Source: Marivita cryptomonadis (GTDB lineage: Bacteria; Pseudomonadota; Alphaproteobacteria; Rhodobacterales; Rhodobacteraceae). Taken from it: 32,000 nucleotides of DNA. Below the pieces are notes generated by a model. It did not search any database. It worked only from the letters and a program-made list of their open reading frames with translations, and was not told the origin of the DNA. Made by a program: the position numbers and the translations under genes. Location: NCBI RefSeq assembly GCF_002115725.1, contig NZ_JFKD01000024.1, forward strand, positions 1 to 32,000, written 5' to 3'. Shown here piece after piece: positions 1 to 8,261 of the stretch. Numbering within the stretch: position 1 is the first letter of the stretch; each line of letters starts with the position of its first letter.

Positions 1-3000
1 AGCATAGCGGTTCTCTTCCAGTTTCTCAGCCTGGCCCAGTGCAGCCAAGCTATCCAGCAGCGGTTGCACGCTCGTTGTGCGGGCTCGCATGAAGCGGCGG
101 GCGATTTGGTCGGGGGTGGCTTCGCCCATTTCGGACAGGGCCTCGCGGACGGCGGCGATTTGGTCGGGGAGGGTTTTGGGCCATGGAGCCTTTTCGATCT
201 TGGCGACCGCGCCCAGGTCCATCTCTGTGGTCTTGCCCTTGGCGGCCTGTGCGCCGGTAGGGTTCTGGTATTCGGGGCGGAGCCAGCGGATATGGCCGCG
301 TGCCTCTTCTTCGGCGCGTTCTTTGTTGAGCGCGACGAGGCGGAGGAGGATGTCTTCGTCGCTCATGTCCACAGGCCAACCATAGGCTTCGGCCACGGCG
401 GCGTCGATCTGGTCATGCAGGTCACGAAGGATACTGACCAAGCCTTGGTCATAGATTTCTTTGTCCTTCCCCTCGATGGTTTCCCCCGCGCGTAGCTTTT
501 CCAGTACGTTGTACATTTGGGTTAGGGTCAGCTTGGGATGAGCGGCTTGTTGGCGCTTGCGGTGCGCGTCGAGGTCTTCGCCCAGTTGGCAGAGGTGAGT
601 TTTCTGGCCCTCGGTGAGCTCGGGGAAGGGGAACGGATCGAAGCATCTTGTCTTTGCGTAAACTGGATCGTTTCCCACACCTAACCAACTTCCGGCGGCG
701 AGCGACCAACAAACATGAAGGCGAGAAGAAAGTATAGCCAAACGCTCAGGTTCTGACACGCAAAGCACTATCAACTTATTGTCTGGCAACACTGAAGCAT
801 CCAAGAACTGAAAAATCCGATGCTTCATGGTTTCAACTGTTGCAGTGTATCGTGGCAATCCTTCTAGGGCTGGTCTTAAGTCTCTACGTGGCTCGCCGTG
901 TATCCACCAATTCTTTCGATAGCTTGCGCGATTGTTTTGCTCTCGTTCCGGCTTCACGTTGTCAGTTAAATGTTGGTAAATCGCAGGAAATCGACTTCTC
1001 ACTTCGGACTCTGAAAGTCCAAAAAGATCGATTGCCATAACTCCGCGTGGATTTGCCGTAAGGTCACGACCGTTGCGGTACTCTCGGATATGATTTTCTG
1101 CCTTATCGACTGCTCCGAGCCCAAGAGACTTGGCGATCTCAGGAGTTACAATAAAGCCCGATCCGATGAGCTGGACGCCGCGATAAGCCAAGCCCTCATT
1201 TGCAAAGAGCGGTTTTGATCCAGCAACATTTGCTCCAATCTGAAGATTGGAAAACACCTTACCGATCTGATGATCAAATGTCACGGTGCGTCCGTCAGCT
1301 TCACTCTTTTCCTTGCTCTCTGTCGCGACGGTCAGCAGCCGCCCAACCCGATTGCCCGCCGCTCCCACGGTCATGGCGATCCGCACCGCAGCCCCATAGA
1401 GCGTATCGACCCAAGGATGGTCAGGAATGGCGAAGAGTAGCGAGAGCGGCTTTTTCGGGTCGTTCAAATGTGGCTCCAGCACACGCCGGTTGAACGTTTG
1501 GCGCAAGCTATTCGTGGTGATCAGGCCAAAGCGGCGGGTGCCTTTGCTGGTCTTGGCGTTCCAAGCCCGCGCAGCTAGCGCTGCCTTTTCCCACCAGAAC
1601 ATCACAAGATCTGCGCTTTGCGGCATCTTGGGATAGGCCTTCCACAGTGCCTCGACATAGCCATCGCCCAGCGAGTCGCGCAGGCGCGAGGCTCCGATGA
1701 AGGGCGGGTTGCCGACGATGAACTCTGCCTCGGGCCATTTGGTCGCCTTCGGCTTGGCATAGTCATAGACCTGCACGCGGGCGTCGGGGTCTGGCACTTC
1801 CTCGCCTGTCACGTTGTGGCAGACCGTGGTTACGCCGTCCCAGCGGGTGACTGGTGCGCCGGTGTCGTCCATGCGCGGAGTACGTTCTGACCATTCGAGC
1901 ACAGCGTCGGCGTTGCGGATGTTCTTGAAGTCGCGCAGTACGGGTTCTGAAGGAGCGGCCTTGCCATAGGTGCGGAAGTGCCATTGTAGATAGCCGATCC
2001 ACAGCACCAGCTCGGCCACATTCGCGGCCCATGGGTTCAGCTCGATCCCAAGAAATTGGTGCGGGTCAACGGTGATGAAACTAGTTTGGGTCTCGCCCAG
2101 CTCGGACAGCAGCGCGGTCACCTCGCCCTCAAGGCGTTTCATCATCTCAAGCGCGACATAAAGGAAGTTGCCGGAGCCGCAGGCGGGATCAAGCACGCGG
2201 ATTTCGCAGAGCCTGCTATGAAAGTCCCTGACGAGTTGCAGGGCGTCGTCGGATTTGTCGTCTTCGGTCAAGCGCTGTACGGCGGTTTGCACGTCGCGCC
2301 AATCTTCGCGCAGCGGTTCCATGATCGTGGGCGTGACCAGCCGTTCCACATAAGCGCGCGGCGTGTAGTGCGCGCCAAGCTTGTGACGCTGGCGTTTGTC
2401 GAGGGCGCGCTCGAGGAGCGTGCCGAAGATCGCGGGTTCGACTTGTTTCCAATCCGCCTCTGCCGCTTCGATCAACAGGCCCAATTGCATGGTGTTGAGC
2501 GGCAGTGCGTCGGCATCCTTGAACAGACCGCCGTTAAAGCGCTTGAGGTCCTGCATCAGAACGGGAGAGAAGCCCCCGGTGTTCATCACCTCCCACAGGC
2601 TTTTAAGCGTGGGTTCAGCGTGTTCGGGGTGGCCGCGCAATTCCTTGAGCTTGGCGGTGAAACTGCCCAGTGGGATCAGCTCCACGTCCTCAGCAAACAT
2701 GGAGAACAGGCAACGCATTAAGAAGCGGGCAACGGTTTCGCTGTTGTGGCCTTGGCTTTCAAAGCTATTGCCCAGTTCGGCAAGGTGCTCGGCGATATCA
2801 CGGGTGACTTCGGCAGATTTGAGCGAGGGGTCGAGGCTGTAGGGATCGGTCCAGATGGTGCGTAGCAGGTCGCGGGTGTCTTCGTTGTGCAGCTCATCAA
2901 GGAAGATGCGGTATCGGTTGCCATCTGGAAACTGGTTGTAACCTTGGCCTTGGCGCGAGAAGTCAGCGTAGAGCTCGATCACGTGACCAACGTCGACGAC

Positions 3001-3447
3001 CATGAGGAAAGGTGGCCAGCCATCGTCTTTGGCTACCGCGCGGGCGTAGTTGTCAGCCTGATTGCGCGCCTTGAGCATTGTGTCGTCCCAGGCGGCGGTT
3101 CCCCGCACGCCGTGGCCGGTCCGCTTTTGTTTGCGGTCGGGCGTGCCTTTAGTCAGGTCGCCTTGCCGGTTCTTCTTCTGGGTTACGCCTTGCTTGGTTT
3201 CCAAGATGAAATGACCACCGCGGTAGACGTCCACAAAACCGGTGCTGCGCTTGTGAGTATGTGCAAAGGTCACAGGCCGCTCAAAGCGGTAGTGATCATT
3301 CGCATCGTCGTCAGTCGCCGGGAAGGGGCGTTCGAGGCCAAGCAGCTCAGTCAGTTCGATGATAAACAGCTGGTAATTCGCATGTTCGCTGCCGCCAGAC
3401 GGCTTCCAGCGCGCGATAAACTCGCTGATCTGCTCTTTGGTGGTCAT
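1..3447 (-). CDS. Type IIG/IIL (MmeI-family-like) fused restriction endonuclease / N6-adenine DNA methyltransferase; C-terminus runs off the window (>1149 aa)
   Basis: Absent from the ORF track because no stop lies inside the window. My reverse-strand translation from ATG 3447..3445 stays open to position 1, and no track ORF uses this frame. N-terminus is MTTKEQISEFIARWKPSGGSEHANYQ. PD-(D/E)xK-like VDVYRGGHFILETKQG at 3187..3234. SAM motif I VLDPACGSGNFLY at ~2158..2196. Motif IV FIVGNPPFIG at 1693..1722. Downstream TRD-like strings GVQLIGSGFIV and YRNGRDL. Confidence 0.8.
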   Translation of the reverse strand, partial: MTTKEQISEFIARWKPSGGSEHANYQLFIIELTELLGLERPFPATDDDANDHYRFERPVTFAHTHKRSTGFVDVYRGGHFILETKQGVTQKKNRQGDLTKGTPDRKQKRTGHGVRGTAAWDDTMLKARNQADNYARAVAKDDGWPPFLMVVDVGHVIELYADFSRQGQGYNQFPDGNRYRIFLDELHNEDTRDLLRTIWTDPYSLDPSLKSAEVTRDIAEHLAELGNSFESQGHNSETVARFLMRCLFSMFAEDVELIPLGSFTAKLKELRGHPEHAEPTLKSLWEVMNTGGFSPVLMQDLKRFNGGLFKDADALPLNTMQLGLLIEAAEADWKQVEPAIFGTLLERALDKRQRHKLGAHYTPRAYVERLVTPTIMEPLREDWRDVQTAVQRLTEDDKSDDALQLVRDFHSRLCEIRVLDPACGSGNFLYVALEMMKRLEGEVTALLSELGETQTSFITVDPHQFLGIELNPWAANVAELVLWIGYLQWHFRTYGKAAPSEPVLRDFKNIRNADAVLEWSERTPRMDDTGAPVTRWDGVTTVCHNVTGEEVPDPDARVQVYDYAKPKATKWPEAEFIVGNPPFIGASRLRDSLGDGYVEALWKAYPKMPQSADLVMFWWEKAALAARAWNAKTSKGTRRFGLITTNSLRQTFNRRVLEPHLNDPKKPLSLLFAIPDHPWVDTLYGAAVRIAMTVGAAGNRVGRLLTVATESKEKSEADGRTVTFDHQIGKVFSNLQIGANVAGSKPLFANEGLAYRGVQLIGSGFIVTPEIAKSLGLGAVDKAENHIREYRNGRDLTANPRGVMAIDLFGLSESEVRSRFPAIYQHLTDNVKPEREQNNRASYRKNWWIHGEPRRDLRPALEGLPRYTATVETMKHRIFQFLDASVLPDNKLIVLCVSEPERLAILSSRLHVCWSLAAGSWLGVGNDPVYAKTRCFDPFPFPELTEGQKTHLCQLGEDLDAHRKRQQAAHPKLTLTQMYNVLEKLRAGETIEGKDKEIYDQGLVSILRDLHDQIDAAVAEAYGWPVDMSDEDILLRLVALNKERAEEEARGHIRWLRPEYQNPTGAQAAKGKTTEMDLGAVAKIEKAPWPKTLPDQIAAVREALSEMGEATPDQIARRFMRARTTSVQPLLDSLAALGQAEKLEENRYA

Positions 3448-4029
3448 TTACTGGTCAATCACTTTCAGCTGAAAAAATCTTTGGTCAATAAAAGTCTCAA
3501 TGGAATAGGTGTTTAGGAAATGAGCGCTCGCTTCCAGAGGGCGCGTGAGAACCTTTTCAGTCAGCGCCACGATGCCACTAATCAAGATGCCCGGTGCCAT
3601 CCATAGCAACGGATAAAGTGTGAAGCTATCCGCCCAGAAATTCAGGTAGAGCATAGGCCCAACAAGAAATGGCAAGCCAATGGCGAAGAGATAGCGCAGC
3701 GGCTTTATTTTCAGCGCTATCGCATCGGCAAGTTTGTTGTGGTCATCATACACTTGGTTTTCCCAAGCGAGGTATTCGTCCTCCAATTGCCCGCGAAGGT
3801 AATGGCCGCAACGGCAATAGTCGCGGGTCAGATACTCCGCTTCACCACAGGACGCGCAGACCAACGCATTTCCGTTTATGCTCTTCGGGCGGGAGGGGTC
3901 AGGCTGCTTTGCCGCTTCCTTGAGATCGAGCCCATGTTCGTCGAGGAAAAGGTCAAGCTTCTCAGATAATGAGACTTTCCGTGGCCTTAGGACGTGAACA
4001 TTAGCGGGTAAATCAGTGTTAGACATCAT
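3448..4029 (-). CDS. Hypothetical zinc-ribbon membrane protein (193 aa)
   Basis: Track ORF. CASCGEAEYLTRDYCRCGH gives a CxxC...CxC zinc-ribbon pattern. Two hydrophobic helices follow (LRYLFAIGLPFLVGPMLYLNFW, LYPLLWMAPGILISGIVALT). Its TAA stop (3450..3448) directly abuts the methyltransferase ATG, and its ATG overlaps the upstream XRE stop (ATGA at 4026..4029). Confidence 0.6.
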   Translation of the reverse strand: MMSNTDLPANVHVLRPRKVSLSEKLDLFLDEHGLDLKEAAKQPDPSRPKSINGNALVCASCGEAEYLTRDYCRCGHYLRGQLEDEYLAWENQVYDDHNKLADAIALKIKPLRYLFAIGLPFLVGPMLYLNFWADSFTLYPLLWMAPGILISGIVALTEKVLTRPLEASAHFLNTYSIETFIDQRFFQLKVIDQ

Positions 4030-4460
4030 GCCACCAACCCCAAAATGCTGTCTATGCGTTGTGTATTGGGGGCGCTTTCGGTGCTGCTAAAGGCATCGGA
4101 ACCGAGAAATTCAGCAAAGAGAAAATCAATGGCGTCCCATTTCTTTTCTGGTGTCACGCTCAAACCGCGTTCACCAATACGATGCTCAACCGCGAGGCCA
4201 ATCTTGCGGTAGGCCTGCGTGACCTCTTCGTGTCGCCTGCTCTTACCGCTTTCTGTATCGCCTTCCAGTATCCAGAGCGGGTCAACATCGAACTCTTGGA
4301 ATATCTTCAGGAGCAGCGAGCCCGTCAGGTCCCTTTGGCCTCGTTCGTAGTATTGATAAGCGCTACGACTGATCTCGAGTCGCTGCGCCATCTCCTCCTG
4401 AGAGAGGTGCGCTTGGCTTCTTACCGCCGAAAGACGATTTCCTAGGCCCATAATAGTCAT
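4026..4460 (-). CDS. XRE-family helix-turn-helix transcriptional regulator (possible controller of the RM operon)
   Basis: HTH_3-like LSQEEMAQRLEISRSAYQYYERGQRDLTGSLLLKIF. I prefer the ATG at 4460 (MTIMGLGNRL) because AAGAGAG lies about 7 nt upstream. The track ORF extends to 4493. Confidence 0.8.
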   Translation of the reverse strand: MTIMGLGNRLSAVRSQAHLSQEEMAQRLEISRSAYQYYERGQRDLTGSLLLKIFQEFDVDPLWILEGDTESGKSRRHEEVTQAYRKIGLAVEHRIGERGLSVTPEKKWDAIDFLFAEFLGSDAFSSTESAPNTQRIDSILGLVA

Positions 4461-4497
4461 GAACAACTCTCTTACTAGTTGCGCCGACCACAAAGCT

Positions 4498-4520
4498 GGT
4501 TATATATGCTAAATATAACC
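4498..4520. promoter_or_regulatory. Inverted repeat GGTTATAT-N7-ATATAACC in the divergent XRE / excisionase intergenic region; candidate operator
   Basis: Perfect 8-bp arms read directly from the sequence, about 40 bp upstream of the XRE start. Confidence 0.35.
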
Positions 4521-4635
4521 ACAATTGGTGGCGATGCGGCTGTTTGATCCAACTTCAGCGTACTTTTGTTTGATCCTGAAGGCAAAACAGAATCTTTCGC
4601 TTCGTTTTGTGGTCAACTTGAACATGAGGTGAAGC

Positions 4636-4869
4636 ATGACCAAACTTCTCGAAACACCCAAGGAATTGGCGGACCGAATTGGAATTCCGGTGACAAACGT
4701 CCGATATCTGATCCGTGAAGATATGTTGGACCATATCTTCACCGCACCTGGACAACGCAACCCGAAGATTCCGAGCGGCGCTTGGGAAAAGTATGTGTCT
4801 CAATTCACCGTCAAAGCACAAAAGGGTGCGCCGCGAAGTGCGGGCCAAGAAATGGGGGCTGAGAAATGA
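4636..4869 (+). CDS. Excisionase/AlpA-like small HTH DNA-binding protein
   Basis: 77 aa with TPKELADRIGIPVTNVRYLIREDML, an HTH_17-like pattern. Lies just upstream of an integrase. Confidence 0.6.
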   Translation: MTKLLETPKELADRIGIPVTNVRYLIREDMLDHIFTAPGQRNPKIPSGAWEKYVSQFTVKAQKGAPRSAGQEMGAEK

Positions 4870-5075
4870 CGCGGCACACACCCATCATGGCCAGCGAGAC
4901 GACCGCCGCGCGGTTGCTCGATTTACGGACGAACGAGTTCAAGGCTTTGGTCGATGAAGGTCACTTGCCACCGGGGCATGAAATTGCGCCCGGTGTTGTT
5001 CGTTGGGATACTGAGGTTCTGAAACGAATTTCAGCAGGGGATGTGACAGAGCTATGGGATCAAATTCAGTGGTAG
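4866..5075 (+). CDS. Second small excisionase-like / hypothetical protein
   Basis: 69 aa with TAARLLDLRTNEFKALVDEGHLPP...RWD. ATGA overlap with the preceding gene, and its 3' end overlaps the integrase start. Confidence 0.5.
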   Translation: MTRHTPIMASETTAARLLDLRTNEFKALVDEGHLPPGHEIAPGVVRWDTEVLKRISAGDVTELWDQIQW

Positions 5076-6088
5076 GCCGACGCAAGAAATACCTTTGGCG
5101 GCATCCGTCTGGCCGTTGGTATGTGCGCAAGAGCGTCAACGGGAAGATGATTTATCTTGGACGTATCACTGCTGAAGAGGGCACGGCTGAATTCGACCGC
5201 CAATACTGGGAGATTTTAAGTGGCAAAAAGGCTAATGTGAAAACGTCATGGACTGCGCTCATCGGCGCAATGCGAGAAACAGATAAGTGGGCCGGGTTTT
5301 CCCCCCGTTACCGACGTGACCTTGATAATGCCTTCGAGTATCTGACAGAAAAAATCGGTCACATGGATGTGTCTCGGCTGACCGAAGCCGATATTTACGA
5401 GGCGATGGACCAAAATCGCCATCGGGTCAGGTTTGCCAATTACCTTCCCACAGCGATCAGCATGTTATGCAAGTTGGCGATCCGAAAGCGTTGGCGCGAC
5501 AACAATCCAGCAACCGAAATAGAACAGCTCAAAGTTCCAGAAGGTCGCAAGAAGCCACACCTGCCGTGGACCGATTGGGCTGTCGAGAAGATGCGGGAAG
5601 AGGGCGCGCCTTTGCCCCGCCTGATTTTTGAGATTGGTGTGGGGAGCGTGCAGCGCCCCGGTGACTGGGTGGATTTTCAATGGGGCGACTATGACGGCGA
5701 TACCCTCAAGCTGCGCCAGAATAAGACAGATACGGTCCTTTCACTGCCCTGCACGATTGCACTCAAGGCGGCACTCGATAGTGCGAAAGCTGATCTTGGG
5801 TTTGCGCCCCATCCATCGCGCCACATCCTGACGCGGGCTGATGGTTCCAAAATGGACTATCACGCGATGGCGCGTGTGATGGTGCGTGACCGTAAGCGAT
5901 TGGGCCTTATGGCCCATGACCAACACGCCTTGCGGTATCGCGGCGTGATGGAATTGGCGTGGGCGGGCTGCACTGACGATGAAATCGCCAGCTATAGCGG
6001 CCACACATCCAAAGAGATGATCATCAAATATGCAGGGGAGGCTCGGCAAATCATGCGTGCGAGACAGGCGGTAGCAAAGCGCAAATGA
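5054..6088 (+). CDS. int: Tyrosine-type site-specific integrase (element A)
   Basis: 344 aa. Catalytic pattern visible: VQRPGD (Arg), HALRYRG (HxxR), SGHTSKEMIIKYAG (His...Tyr). Ends 86 nt before the tRNA-Cys 3' fragment. Confidence 0.85.
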   Translation: MGSNSVVGRRKKYLWRHPSGRWYVRKSVNGKMIYLGRITAEEGTAEFDRQYWEILSGKKANVKTSWTALIGAMRETDKWAGFSPRYRRDLDNAFEYLTEKIGHMDVSRLTEADIYEAMDQNRHRVRFANYLPTAISMLCKLAIRKRWRDNNPATEIEQLKVPEGRKKPHLPWTDWAVEKMREEGAPLPRLIFEIGVGSVQRPGDWVDFQWGDYDGDTLKLRQNKTDTVLSLPCTIALKAALDSAKADLGFAPHPSRHILTRADGSKMDYHAMARVMVRDRKRLGLMAHDQHALRYRGVMELAWAGCTDDEIASYSGHTSKEMIIKYAGEARQIMRARQAVAKRK

Positions 6089-6174
6089 CCCCGAACAGAA
6101 CAGGCACAGAACGTGAAACTGATACCAGAGGTGATACCCAATGAGCAGAGAAATTCGTAACCCATTGATTTTAT

Positions 6175-6218
6175 TGGAGGCGAGTACCGGAATCGAACCG
6201 GTGTACACGGATTTGCAA
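6175..6218 (-). repeat. Displaced 3' half of tRNA-Cys (att direct repeat, distal copy)
   Basis: TGGAGGCGAGTACCGGAATCGAACCGGTGTACACGGATTTGCAA matches 15653..15696 at 42 of 44 positions. Both mismatches fall in the T-loop. Identity stops at the anticodon loop, so this is not a complete tRNA. Confidence 0.85.
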
Positions 6219-6379
6219 AAGGTATACATCTAATAAAGTCGTTTATCATCAGAGGAGTAAAAGCATAATTAGAACATGTGCACAATTTTGTGTACATGCC
6301 ATAAATGCATACATTTTATCCGTGCACATGCGATTTTGGTTCTGATCATCAATACTGAGTGCACTCAGGTAACCACACG

Positions 6380-6400
6380 TTACTTCAAAGTTTGAAGTAA
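6380..6400. repeat. Island palindrome copy 1: TTACTTCAAAGTTTGAAGTAA (centre G)
   Basis: Read directly. Followed by GGCGAGCTTC then ATG at 6411, which opens only a 2-codon ORF. Confidence 0.9.
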
Positions 6401-6812
6401 GGCGAGCTTCATGCGATGATTGTGTGGGGAAGTGCCAGTTGAGAAAAAATGCTGCTTGTGGCTGGTGCATTAAACTTAAGTGCTTGTGTCTGAGAGCTGA
6501 CACACAGCTGTGTCGCTGCTACAGGTAACACTGAACGTGAACGTGCACAGCGGCAGCTGTCGGCTATGCGTGAGGCTGCGAAGCGGTACGAACGCTTTCA
6601 ACATATCTTCAAAGCCTGCAATGCAAGGATTAATGTCGGCTGTATGGCGGCCAAAATTGACAATAACGTAGTAATATTGCTTGTCTTCACCTGCTAAGGT
6701 TGTCAATTTGCCTCTCAAACTCGCTGAAATGGTGGATCGAATGCAAGGTGACTTACCGGTAGCATATTAATCGATCTGTAACAGTGAATAAAATTTAGGC
6801 GCGAAGGGTTAA

Positions 6813-8027
6813 ATGCAAATGCGGTGTGTTTTACATATTGGACTTGAGAAAACTGGCACCACTTACATTCAAAATTCATTGTATGAGAATGCATCAGAAC
6901 TTTATGCTGATGGAGTTTATTTGCCGGAGCGCTTAGGCATTTCGAACAATTGGAAAGTGCCGTCTTACTTTAAAAGCGGTTATGAGGGCTATAATTTAAA
7001 AAAAATCGGCGTTGAGTCGAATGAAGAAAAAAAAGAATATTTCAAAGATTTTTTTGATGACTTTATGTATGAAGTTAAAAATGCGCGAAACTGTGATAAT
7101 TTTCTTATAACTTCAGAACATTTCCACAGTAGCCTGCGCACTCAGATTGAGATAGATGCGTTGAAATCGTTTCTTGACCAATTCTTTTCGGATTATTTGG
7201 TTATTTGCTATTTTAGGGAGCAATCTGCACTGGCAAAATCTCTGTATAGCACACATTTGAAAAGTGGAGCAACGAACACTTTCGACAGCTTCTTAGAAAC
7301 CGTTGTGCCAGAAAATTACTATTACAATTTTTTGCAGATTGCAAAGCAATGGGCGCAAGCGTTTGGGGCAGACAACTGCTGCTTTCGTGTATATGATCAC
7401 TCTGCCTTTATTGGTAAAGATATTTTTGCTGATTTTCTGCACGCTATTGGCGTAGCTAGCTTTAAGTCTATAACTCCAATTCAGGCGCGAGTTAATCATT
7501 CTTTATCGCCAATGCAGTGCATACTGCTTCGTAAATTAAACGAAATTATTCCACATTGGAATGACAAGAGGGGAATTTCTGAAGTAAACAAAAATTTAAA
7601 GGAGCAATTACTGAATTTGGATTTTGCGAAAAAGGCGCATTTGGATTTGTTTGATACAAAGCCCGTTTATCAAAAATTTGAAAAAATAAATACAGAATTT
7701 GAGCAAAAATATTTACCTGACGCCAGGCTGCCTCTGCTTGAGAGGGCTATTACACAGCCCGAAACGAAATATGCAAGTGGCGAAGTTGTTTCAATGTTGT
7801 TGGAAATTGAGGAAATGTTTTTGCTCGAAGTGAAAAAGCACGAACGTGTAAAGGTTGAAGAGCGCCCAGCAGCACTAAAAAAAATAATTGATGTACTAGA
7901 CTACAAAGTTCATAAGTGGATATCTGAAACAAGTTTAGCGCCGGCTGCAACTAGAAAGAAGTTTCAGCCAATTACAGAACGGCGGCGGGCAAAATTGATG
8001 CGAAAATATAATAGTATAGATTTCTAA
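6813..8027 (+). CDS. Sulfotransferase-fold P-loop protein (putative), 404 aa
   Basis: N-terminal LHIGLEKTGTTYIQ resembles the PAPS 5'-phosphosulfate-binding loop. FLITSEHF and ICYFREQSALAKSLYS resemble the 3'-phosphate-binding region. This is the most AT-rich gene in the window. Confidence 0.5.
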   Translation: MQMRCVLHIGLEKTGTTYIQNSLYENASELYADGVYLPERLGISNNWKVPSYFKSGYEGYNLKKIGVESNEEKKEYFKDFFDDFMYEVKNARNCDNFLITSEHFHSSLRTQIEIDALKSFLDQFFSDYLVICYFREQSALAKSLYSTHLKSGATNTFDSFLETVVPENYYYNFLQIAKQWAQAFGADNCCFRVYDHSAFIGKDIFADFLHAIGVASFKSITPIQARVNHSLSPMQCILLRKLNEIIPHWNDKRGISEVNKNLKEQLLNLDFAKKAHLDLFDTKPVYQKFEKINTEFEQKYLPDARLPLLERAITQPETKYASGEVVSMLLEIEEMFLLEVKKHERVKVEERPAALKKIIDVLDYKVHKWISETSLAPAATRKKFQPITERRRAKLMRKYNSIDF

Positions 8028-8224
8028 GCCATCACTGAAATTAATGATTGCTGCGATTGAGGCTTCAACGCTTTCAATAGTTTGGCTCAGTGTCAATTTT
8101 GGATTTATAATTATTTTTGTATTTCTCTTATGTATCAAGGTGTAATACACCCAACTCATGGATATATTTGCTAAGCGGCTGTCGCGCAGCCTTAAGCTGG
8201 TCGGCGTGAAAACTTGCATAGCTT

Positions 8225-8253
8225 CTCGTTACTTCAAAGTTTGAAGTAACGAG
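8225..8253. repeat. Island palindrome copy 2, extended: CTCGTTACTTCAAAGTTTGAAGTAACGAG (core 8229..8249, centre G)
   Basis: 29-nt perfect palindrome around a single central base. Lies between convergent genes, 9 nt after the stop of the TGT-like gene. Confidence 0.9.
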
Positions 8254-8261
8254 CAGTTGCG

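Larger units (their letters stand above)
1..6174. mobile_element. Integrative element A (partial; left boundary outside window) carrying the RM module, excisionases and integrase
   Basis: An integrase plus two excisionase-like genes abut a displaced tRNA-Cys 3' end. The cargo is a restriction-modification module. Confidence 0.5.

Noticed and set aside
2056-3516. Plus-strand ORFs 2056..2721, 2396..2842 and 2887..3516, plus all short ORFs listed in 50..2032
   Set aside because: All lie antisense to, or out of frame with, the single long minus-strand methyltransferase ORF, which carries clear motifs.
5741-6229. 162-aa minus-strand ORF (also 5992..6297) spanning the tRNA fragment
   Set aside because: It overlaps the integrase 3' end in antisense and reads through the att repeat. 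No supporting signals.
6175-6250. A possible second complete tRNA-Cys gene
   Set aside because: Similarity to the genuine tRNA stops after 44 nt, at the anticodon loop. No D-arm or 5' acceptor strand follows, so this is an att remnant.
7935-8219. 94-aa minus ORF starting right after palindrome copy 2
   Set aside because: Its 3' part overlaps the sulfotransferase-like gene in antisense and its composition is AT-rich noise. Only the palindrome-ATG juxtaposition is noted in the findings.
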